Shown here: piece by piece, positions 56,658 through 64,000 of the stretch | How the letters are laid out: each line of letters begins with the position of its first letter | Position numbering within the stretch: the stretch's first letter is position 1 | From: Bdellovibrionota bacterium | Lineage (GTDB): Bacteria > Bdellovibrionota > UBA1018 > CAIPTA01 > JAALKR01 | Length of the DNA stretch: 64,000 nt | NCBI GenBank assembly: GCA_965207455.1 | Contig: CBDBMJ010000001.1 | Location: 288,001-352,000, forward strand | Reading direction: 5' to 3' | Notes under the pieces: model-generated | The model's database searches: none | What the model was told of the DNA's origin: nothing | What the model saw: only the letters and a program-made list of their open reading frames with translations | Program-made: the position numbers and the translations under genes

Positions 56658-59246
56658 ATGGATAAATTATTATTAATACTATTTTTATGGATGTATATGC
56701 CTCTTGAGTTAAGAGCATCTACTCTCAGTCCAAGCATTAAAACCTTCCCATCTTATACACGGCTAAAGTTTCCAGTGAATGAACGCTCAATTTTTAATGT
56801 ACTCAAAGATGGCAAGGGCGATGAAATCTCACTAAAGATTAGCAATTTTAATCCTGATGCTTGGACGAACAATATACCCACATTTTCAGATAAGCGTGTA
56901 TCTGTAAAAGGAGTGATGGAAAAAGGAAAAATTCATTTGTCTTTTAATCTTTTATTAAAGAACTCCAAGCACTTTACTTATTTTTATAAAGATCCACCTG
57001 TTATTATTGTGGATATATGGAATGAGAACATAAAAAATAAAAAAAGAAAGAAAAAAAGAATTGTTCGCACAAAGAGAAAGAAAAAAATAGATAATCCATC
57101 AGCTAATTTGCTTATTAACAAAGAAGATAGAATTTTATCTTTAAATAAAGACCTGCTTCTGGATCATGATTTTATAGTGCCAAAATTTTCATACATTGAC
57201 AGAAACATAGATACAACCAGAAGGATAGATATAGGCGCTAACTGGAAATGGACAAAAGTAGATGTGTCAAAAAAAGGATCGGTACACTTTTCTCTTGCAA
57301 AAAAGCTATTTCGAAGAAAGAGCTATGCTTTGGCAATAAAATCCACAGATATTTTTGAGAGAGATTGTCCGGAAAGTATTTATAAAAATGAGATTCATTT
57401 TTTAAAAGCATTAGCTTATTTGAAGCTCGGTGAACTAAAGAAAAATCCCAATATTATAAGGGATGGGAATAGGCGATTAAAAGTACTGATGCTGAAAGAA
57501 TTTAGCGGTAAAGATTCTAGTAAGTATAAAAAATTTATTAATGATTTGCGGTTTTACTATGGATTAAATTCTTACTTAATTGGTAATTGGGTAGAGGCTG
57601 TCTCTAATTTTGAGTTTATTAGAAAACTTTACAGCAATAAAAATGAAAAAATACCCCCGGTTTTATTGATGCTGATGGCAGAGTCTTATTTTCAGATGAA
57701 GAATTTTCAGAGATCTAAAAGAATATATAATAATGTTATAACATTATATAAAAATACTTATTTTGAAAAAGAATCTTTATATAGATTGGCTAATACTTTA
57801 GCTGTGGAAGGAAATTATAAAAGATCAATTGTTACATTTTTAAGAGCACTACATAAATATCCAGAATATGACAGGAAAAGAACTGAGGCTAATTTTAATT
57901 TAGCAGAAGTGTATTATCGAACAAGAGATTTTAAAAATTCTAGAAAATTTTATAAGAGCTTTATTCAAAAAAATCCCTCTCACACCATTGCTGGCATTGC
58001 TTATATTCGATTAGGAGAGATAGCTGAACTTTTAAATAAAGATATTCGTTCTGCAGAAAAATATTATAGAAAAACACGCTCTCGATTCCCTTTTTCATTT
58101 GGGAGCAAGTTGGCATTAATACATTTGTCAAGATTGAAGCATAAAGATTCTGTGAATTTTGATTATAGATTAAAAGCTATTCGTAAAATCTATGACTCAA
58201 AGAGTACGCCCGGCGATTTAAGGATGGTGGCACAGATTGAGCTTGTCCATTATCTTATTTATAAGTCTGAGATAAATGAAGCTATCAACTTGGTGGAATT
58301 GGGACTGCGCAATAATGGTGGAAAGTGGTATGAGAAATTTAAAAGTATTTATTCTTGGGCTTTAAGCAAGAAACTCGATCTACTAATCAATCAAGGAAAT
58401 TATACGAGTGCTTTGCAATTATATAATAGTAAGAAGCAATGGATCGATGGAATCGGTCCTGGAAAATATAAGCTTTTAGCCTCCTTGTACGAAGGCCTAA
58501 ATTTATTTACAACAAGCAATGAGTATAGGAAAAAATACCTACAAATTGTTTTAAGCAAATATGGCAAAAATATAAGTGCAGCTAGTAGTGAGAATAAGAG
58601 AATTAATTTCATTAAAGCACAAAGGCTGTTTGCTCAAAATAAATTTAAAAAAGCTATTCGTTTGTTAAAAGGTTCAAGTTATTTTAAATCTCTTCATATT
58701 AGAGCCCTTTCTTATAAGAAATTAAATAATAGGTTTAAAGCAAAATCTGAGGCAAAAAAAGGAATTAAATTATATGTAGATAATAAAAAACAAATTTCTG
58801 CAAAGGATTTTAGAAATGGAATTATAGATTTTACTGAAATCTTGTATAATGACGCAGAGGAAAATTTAAACTATAAAAAAATGCATGATTTATTGGAAAA
58901 AGCGAATAATGAGCTGCCAGTAAAATATGAACGATTTTCTTTTTTGAAAGCAGATACTTTTTGGTATCAAGAAAATCATGCTGAGGCAATTAAATCATAT
59001 CAAGAAGCTATTAAGAAATATCCTAAAAGTGAACGATTAAATAGAACTAATTATAGATTAGCGATTAGTTATATATCTATTGGAAATGAAGAAATGGCTA
59101 CTAAAATTTTGAAAAAACTTAAGGATAGCTCTAATGATGTCTGGAGTGAATCTGCTGAGCAAGAATTGGCACTAATGGGTTGGGAGAAGAAATATTCTTC
59201 CATTTTAAGAGCAGCACCTCCAGTTGGAATTGGTATTAATTTTTAG
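56658..59246 (+). CDS. Exported tetratricopeptide-repeat protein heading the flagellar operon
   Basis: Signal-like N-terminus and multiple TPR-like helices (AESYFQM, LYRLANT, FNLAEVYY, NYRLAISY). Confidence 0.8.
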   Translation: MDKLLLILFLWMYMPLELRASTLSPSIKTFPSYTRLKFPVNERSIFNVLKDGKGDEISLKISNFNPDAWTNNIPTFSDKRVSVKGVMEKGKIHLSFNLLLKNSKHFTYFYKDPPVIIVDIWNENIKNKKRKKKRIVRTKRKKKIDNPSANLLINKEDRILSLNKDLLLDHDFIVPKFSYIDRNIDTTRRIDIGANWKWTKVDVSKKGSVHFSLAKKLFRRKSYALAIKSTDIFERDCPESIYKNEIHFLKALAYLKLGELKKNPNIIRDGNRRLKVLMLKEFSGKDSSKYKKFINDLRFYYGLNSYLIGNWVEAVSNFEFIRKLYSNKNEKIPPVLLMLMAESYFQMKNFQRSKRIYNNVITLYKNTYFEKESLYRLANTLAVEGNYKRSIVTFLRALHKYPEYDRKRTEANFNLAEVYYRTRDFKNSRKFYKSFIQKNPSHTIAGIAYIRLGEIAELLNKDIRSAEKYYRKTRSRFPFSFGSKLALIHLSRLKHKDSVNFDYRLKAIRKIYDSKSTPGDLRMVAQIELVHYLIYKSEINEAINLVELGLRNNGGKWYEKFKSIYSWALSKKLDLLINQGNYTSALQLYNSKKQWIDGIGPGKYKLLASLYEGLNLFTTSNEYRKKYLQIVLSKYGKNISAASSENKRINFIKAQRLFAQNKFKKAIRLLKGSSYFKSLHIRALSYKKLNNRFKAKSEAKKGIKLYVDNKKQISAKDFRNGIIDFTEILYNDAEENLNYKKMHDLLEKANNELPVKYERFSFLKADTFWYQENHAEAIKSYQEAIKKYPKSERLNRTNYRLAISYISIGNEEMATKILKKLKDSSNDVWSESAEQELALMGWEKKYSSILRAAPPVGIGINF

Positions 59247-59258
59247 GAGTAAAGAGAT

Positions 59259-59669
59259 ATGATGAATAAATTATTAGGGTCAACAATAAAAGCACTTGCT
59301 AATAGCTTGGATCTTCGATCACAGAAGCAAAATATTATTTCAAGTAATATTGCAAATTCAGAGACCCCTGGATATAAAGCGAAACGCTTAGATTTTGAGC
59401 AAGAATTGTCTAGAGTGATTGAATCGGGTGGTGTGAATTTATCTAAAACTCATGCTCGTCATATTAATTTGAATGGAGAGTTTGGAAGTATTCAAGCAGA
59501 TATTTATAACAACCCAAATGATGTTGTACGAGAAGATGGGAACACAGTAGATCGAGATGCGGAATTGGTGGCCTTAAAAGAAAACCAGCTTTTGTATACA
59601 GCAGCAGTAGAAATGCTTAAAAGAAAATTAGCTTTAGTAAAATATTCTATAAACGAAGGAGGTAGATAA
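59259..59669 (+). CDS. flgB: Flagellar basal-body rod protein FlgB
   Basis: SNIANSETPGYKA and REDGNTVD. Confidence 0.96.
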   Translation: MMNKLLGSTIKALANSLDLRSQKQNIISSNIANSETPGYKAKRLDFEQELSRVIESGGVNLSKTHARHINLNGEFGSIQADIYNNPNDVVREDGNTVDRDAELVALKENQLLYTAAVEMLKRKLALVKYSINEGGR

Positions 59670-60100
59670 TGGATTTTCTTTCATCTATGCGAGTAAGTGC
59701 GAGTGCTTTAAATGCTCACCAAATTAGAATGAATAGTATTTCTTCTAATATTGCAAATGCGGAAACCACATCCCCAGAAGGGCCATATCGGAGGAAAGAT
59801 CCCATATTTCAATCTGTGGTGGATCGAAGTCATTTTGGTGAGATATTACAAAACCAAATGGATAGGCATGTGCAAGGTGTAATGGTAAAGGAAATAAGAG
59901 AGGATAGTAGTCCTCCAAAATTAATATATAATCCCACCCATCCCCATGCACGATCAGATGGCTATGTGGAGATGCCTAATGTGAATATAGTAAAAGAAAT
60001 GGCTAATATGATTAATGCCTCTCGATCATATGAAGCAAATATTGCTGCAATGAATGCAGCTAAAGATATGGCAATTAAAGCATTGGATATTGGAAAATAG
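59669..60100 (+). CDS. flgC: Flagellar basal-body rod protein FlgC
   Basis: SNIANAETT, GPYRRK, YNPTHPHA..DGYV.MPNVN and SRSYEAN. Confidence 0.96.
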   Translation: MDFLSSMRVSASALNAHQIRMNSISSNIANAETTSPEGPYRRKDPIFQSVVDRSHFGEILQNQMDRHVQGVMVKEIREDSSPPKLIYNPTHPHARSDGYVEMPNVNIVKEMANMINASRSYEANIAAMNAAKDMAIKALDIGK

Positions 60101-60112
60101 GAGTAATTATAT

Positions 60113-60445
60113 ATGGTGAACTTTAATAGTATAGAATTAATCAGTAGCAATCCTAGTTTAGGGAATTCTAGTGTAGAAAATAAAAAAATATCACTGGAAA
60201 ATACAGTTGAAAATAAAAATGTATCTAGCACATTTTCTGACTTGTTGTTTGATAAAATAGCAGAATCTAATCAGAGCATTAAGACTTCAGAGGAATCTAT
60301 CAAAGGATTACTGGTTGGTAAAGAAAAGAATCTTCATGGAACAATACTTTCTATTGAGAAAGCAGATATTTCTTTTCGATTTTTAATGCAAGTTAGAAAT
60401 AAAATGTTAGATGCATATAAAGAAATAATGAGGATGCAAATTTAA
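60113..60445 (+). CDS. fliE: Flagellar hook-basal body protein FliE
   Basis: C-terminal QVRNKMLDAYKEIMRMQI. Confidence 0.95.
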   Translation: MVNFNSIELISSNPSLGNSSVENKKISLENTVENKNVSSTFSDLLFDKIAESNQSIKTSEESIKGLLVGKEKNLHGTILSIEKADISFRFLMQVRNKMLDAYKEIMRMQI

Positions 60446-60462
60446 TTGAAGGGGAAAAATAA

Positions 60463-62121
60463 GTGAAAGATTTTTTTGTTAATATTTCAGATTCTTTTCA
60501 AGAATTTTCTTTTGGAAGAAAAGTAGGTATAGTTGTATTTTCCTTATTAACACTGTCTGTGATTGTGGCAATGTTCATTTGGGTATCCAAGGCAAATTAT
60601 GTGAATTTGCTGTCCAATTTAAATTCAACAGATTCTACATCAATTATTCGTTATTTGAAGGATAAAAAAATCCCCTTTAAGGTTAGTGCAGATGGAGCTG
60701 CTGTAATGATTCCTCAAGATTATGTATATGATTTGCGCTTAGAATTGGCTAGTGGAGGATTAGCACAAACTAGCGTAGTTGGATATGAAATTTTTGATAA
60801 ACAAGATTTTGGTGCCACTAGTTTGGCACAGAAAATAAATAAGAAAAGAGCCACAGAGGGTGAGCTGGTTCGTACTATTAATTATATAAAAGGCATAAAA
60901 CGCTCCCGTGTGCATCTTGCCATTCCCAAAACTAGTCCATTTTTAAGTGATAATACCAAGCCCACAGCGTCTATTGTACTAGATTTGAAAAACGGCTTTG
61001 AAATGACAGAGCAACATATTCGAAGCATACAAAATCTTGTTTCTTCATCAGTGCAAAGCATGGAGGCAGATAGTGTATCTATAGTCTCCACAACAGGTAA
61101 GCAGCTATCTAGAAATATAAAAAATCCAGCAGCAATCTTGGCTGCAGAGCAGTTAGATTATCAACGGAAATATGAAGATGCGTTGGAGAAGAAAATTATT
61201 GCCATATTAGGGCCTGTTGCAGGAGAAGGTCGAGTAATTGCAAAAGTTTCGGCTGATTTAGATTTTAGTAGAGAAGTGGAAAATAAAACCTTATTTGATG
61301 GAGATAATGCTACACCAAGGTCTGTGAGTAAGGATTATGACTCTATGTCTGGCTCTCGCCCTATCTCTGGAGGTGTTCCTGGAGCACAAAGCCAAGTTCC
61401 TGATATAGAAGGTGTGGAACAGAGACAGAATACAGTAAGAAATCAAACAAACCGTAATAGAGATATTATGAATTATGAAATCCCGCAGACTATCATAAAA
61501 AAAGAAAAGCCAATGGCAACGTTAAGGAAAATTTCTGTGGCAATTATGTTGAATGGAAAATCAATCCAAACAAACGCTGCAGTTGATAGAGAGATTGCGT
61601 CAGGAGAGTGGTCTGAAGATAAAATTGAGAAGTTTAAATTATTAGCAGCCAATGCAGTGGGATGGACAAAAGGACGTGATCCAGATATTGAAATAAAAGT
61701 AATGAAATTTTTCAAGGAAGACTTAGAATCTGCTAATTTGTTGTGGGAAGCGGCTCAGCAAAAAGAATTATATGCAGCAATAGTTGGTTGGGCTGCTATA
61801 GGACTTCTCTTTACTCTATTTTTTATTTTTGTAGTTCGTCCATTGATTAAATGGATTGTGGAAAATACTGGAGAAAGTGTGGAAGAGTTTTTACCACAAA
61901 CATTGGAAGAATTGGAAGCTAAACAGGCAGCTAATTTTCCTGGAATGGAAGCACTTCTTCCTGAAATTGAAGAAAAAGTAGATCCAATAAAGGTTCAAGG
62001 AGAAATGATAAGAGAAAAAATAATTGGATTGGTTTCTGATAGCCCTCACAAGGCAGCACAAGTTGTGCATGAATGGATTAATGACAAAAGAAATAGGATA
62101 TCTACAAAGGGAGAAGTGTAA
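60463..62121 (+). CDS. fliF: Flagellar MS-ring protein FliF
   Basis: Two TMs, GYEIFD, RATEGELVRTI, RVHLAIP and PTASIVL. Confidence 0.96.
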   Translation: MKDFFVNISDSFQEFSFGRKVGIVVFSLLTLSVIVAMFIWVSKANYVNLLSNLNSTDSTSIIRYLKDKKIPFKVSADGAAVMIPQDYVYDLRLELASGGLAQTSVVGYEIFDKQDFGATSLAQKINKKRATEGELVRTINYIKGIKRSRVHLAIPKTSPFLSDNTKPTASIVLDLKNGFEMTEQHIRSIQNLVSSSVQSMEADSVSIVSTTGKQLSRNIKNPAAILAAEQLDYQRKYEDALEKKIIAILGPVAGEGRVIAKVSADLDFSREVENKTLFDGDNATPRSVSKDYDSMSGSRPISGGVPGAQSQVPDIEGVEQRQNTVRNQTNRNRDIMNYEIPQTIIKKEKPMATLRKISVAIMLNGKSIQTNAAVDREIASGEWSEDKIEKFKLLAANAVGWTKGRDPDIEIKVMKFFKEDLESANLLWEAAQQKELYAAIVGWAAIGLLFTLFFIFVVRPLIKWIVENTGESVEEFLPQTLEELEAKQAANFPGMEALLPEIEEKVDPIKVQGEMIREKIIGLVSDSPHKAAQVVHEWINDKRNRISTKGEV

Positions 62122-62124
62122 AAA

Positions 62125-63141
62125 ATGAATGCGATTGAAAGCGTAAGAGATTTAACAGGAATTCAACAAGTTGCCATACTTTTGAATGCCATAGGAAATG
62201 ATTGCACAAAACTCATATTTGGAGAGCTAAAAGATAACGATATTAAGCGTTTGATTGGTATTATGGGCTCGATTGATAAAGCGCCTATTGCCATAGTTAA
62301 AGGTGTTTTAGAGAATTTTTACCATGAATTATCCGAAGAAGAATCCTTGCTTTTTGGCAAGTCTAAAAATAAAAATTTCTTGATAGATACATTAGGAGAG
62401 GATAGAGCAACTCAAATAACAGGAAATATCAATATGAAAGCGGAAAGGCAATCTTTAGAGGCATTAGAACTTGTGGATACTAGAACATTGGCAAATTTTC
62501 TTATGAATGAGCATCCACAAACCATTGCTTTAATCATGACATATCTTAATCCATCTCGAAAAGCAGATATCATTAAGCAATTCCCAGATGAATTACAAGT
62601 GGATGTGGTAATGCGTTTAGCTGTTATTGACTTTGTTGGTCCTGATATAATTGCACAGTTGGACTCAGTATTAAAATCTGAACTTGCTACTATGGGGACA
62701 ATTAGCAAAACAGTTCTCGGTGGTGTGGATGCTGTTGCAGAAATGTTTAACACTATGGATAAAGGTACAGAAACAAATATAATGTCTAATGTTGAAGAAC
62801 GAGACAATGAACTGGCAGAAGAGATTAAGCGACTTATGTTTCTTTTTGAAGACCTTATTCATATCAATGATAGAGGATTTCAAACATTACTCAAAGAGTG
62901 TCCTAATTCTAAATTGATTGTTGCTATGAAAACAGCTCCAGACAATATTATTAACAAAATATTTAAAAATATGTCTAAACGAGCAGGAGAACTTTTAAAA
63001 GAAGACTTAAATAATTTAGCGCCACAGAGGGTTTCTGATGTAGAGACTGCACAAGCTGAAATTTTAAGTATAGCAAAAAAATTAGAAGCCGATGGGAAGA
63101 TAGTAATCAATCGAGGAATGGGTAAGGATGAGTTTGTATAG
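62125..63141 (+). CDS. fliG: Flagellar motor switch protein FliG
   Basis: EHPQTIALI, GG...AEM, MFLFEDL, NMSKRA and DVETAQ. Confidence 0.96.
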   Translation: MNAIESVRDLTGIQQVAILLNAIGNDCTKLIFGELKDNDIKRLIGIMGSIDKAPIAIVKGVLENFYHELSEEESLLFGKSKNKNFLIDTLGEDRATQITGNINMKAERQSLEALELVDTRTLANFLMNEHPQTIALIMTYLNPSRKADIIKQFPDELQVDVVMRLAVIDFVGPDIIAQLDSVLKSELATMGTISKTVLGGVDAVAEMFNTMDKGTETNIMSNVEERDNELAEEIKRLMFLFEDLIHINDRGFQTLLKECPNSKLIVAMKTAPDNIINKIFKNMSKRAGELLKEDLNNLAPQRVSDVETAQAEILSIAKKLEADGKIVINRGMGKDEFV

Positions 63142-63152
63142 GAAGGCTTTTC

Positions 63153-63884
63153 ATGTCTGATAAATTTGTTAAATATGAATTTAATAAAAAATATGATTTA
63201 AGGGTGCAGAATAGAGAGTATTCATTGCAGGAATTTTTCGTGTCTGGAGAAAGTAATAGAGTTGCAGTAAATTCCAATGTGTCGTTTGAAGTTCATGATT
63301 TAGTGGCAGAAAAAATTGAATTAGAGAAAAATAAAGTAAATAAAATAGAACAAAGATTTCAAGAAGAGTTGGAAAAACGATGGATACAGGAAAAAGAACG
63401 GGCAAAAATAGAAGGCTATACGGAAGGATTAAATCTTGGTAAAAAGGAAGCTCTAGTTGCAGAAAGACCAATTTTAGAGGAAAAAGTACATAATTTTATC
63501 CAGATTTTAAATGAACTGGATTCTTCCAAAGAGCTAGTGTTTAAATGGAATGAAAAATTTCTAACAAATTTTTTATCTCGCCTAGTGAGTGCCATCGTGC
63601 TCAAGGAGATACACTTAGATCCCGATTATGTTGGTCGCCTAATTTTGGATTTAATTGCTCAAACAAATAATACAGATCATTTAAAAATACTCATTTCAAA
63701 TGAAGATAGTAAATTTTTAGACAGGGCAAAAGATATGATTGGAAAAGAATTACCTGATTTTAAAAATATTCATTTTTCTGTGGATAAAGATATACCTGCT
63801 GGCGGTTGCAAGATAGTAGCGAAAACGGTAAATATAGATACAAGTGTGGATAAACAGATTGAAAGGGCTATAGCAGCCTGGTGA
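63153..63884 (+). CDS. fliH: Flagellar export protein FliH
   Basis: GxxxG repeats (EGYTEGLNLG) and D..I..GGC; located after fliG. Confidence 0.85.
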   Translation: MSDKFVKYEFNKKYDLRVQNREYSLQEFFVSGESNRVAVNSNVSFEVHDLVAEKIELEKNKVNKIEQRFQEELEKRWIQEKERAKIEGYTEGLNLGKKEALVAERPILEEKVHNFIQILNELDSSKELVFKWNEKFLTNFLSRLVSAIVLKEIHLDPDYVGRLILDLIAQTNNTDHLKILISNEDSKFLDRAKDMIGKELPDFKNIHFSVDKDIPAGGCKIVAKTVNIDTSVDKQIERAIAAW

Positions 63885-64000
63885 AAAAATAGAATAGATT
63901 TTCCTTCCCTGTTTTATTGCGGGGTGTTAATCTAATAGTAAGGCAAATATTGAATTGTTCAAGGAGTGAACAGGAATACATAGCATGAACGCTTTATACA

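Noticed and set aside
1..64000. tRNA, rRNA or known riboswitch
   Set aside because: None was recognised by eye in the intergenic regions; a tRNAscan/Infernal run would be needed to exclude them.

Overview
Chromosomal window that most likely comes from a Bdellovibrionota-type bacterium. This is inferred from a Bd0055-like histone, a short flagellin, CarD, and a TPR-flgBC-fliEFGH layout. In order, it contains: a truncated IS1634-family element; aroB and speA with divergent speB; a 62-aa bacterial histone; an Nfu/NifU protein; two tandem M16B peptidase pairs (the first catalytic gene is frameshifted at an A10 run); carD, mltG, a sigma28 flagellin and an orphan repeat protein; the skp-lpxD-fabZ-lpxA-lpxB-lpxK operon; and a tryptophan/2-aminomuconate catabolic cluster with an unexplained luciferase-like monooxygenase. 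Next come three Cys-repeat surface lipoproteins with signs of gene conversion; aroC, an unusual AroD-AroE-AroA fusion, aroK and ubiE/menG; and three tandem metzincin proteases, the middle one a frameshifted chimera. The window ends with a glycosyltransferase/DUF2064/VTT-oxidoreductase cluster and a FleQ-like sigma54 activator followed by the flagellar basal-body operon. The best novelty candidates are the trifunctional shikimate fusion, the LLM gene in the Trp pathway, the histone beside polyamine genes, and the recombining secreted-protein arrays. All calls rest on motif recognition by eye; no searches were run.
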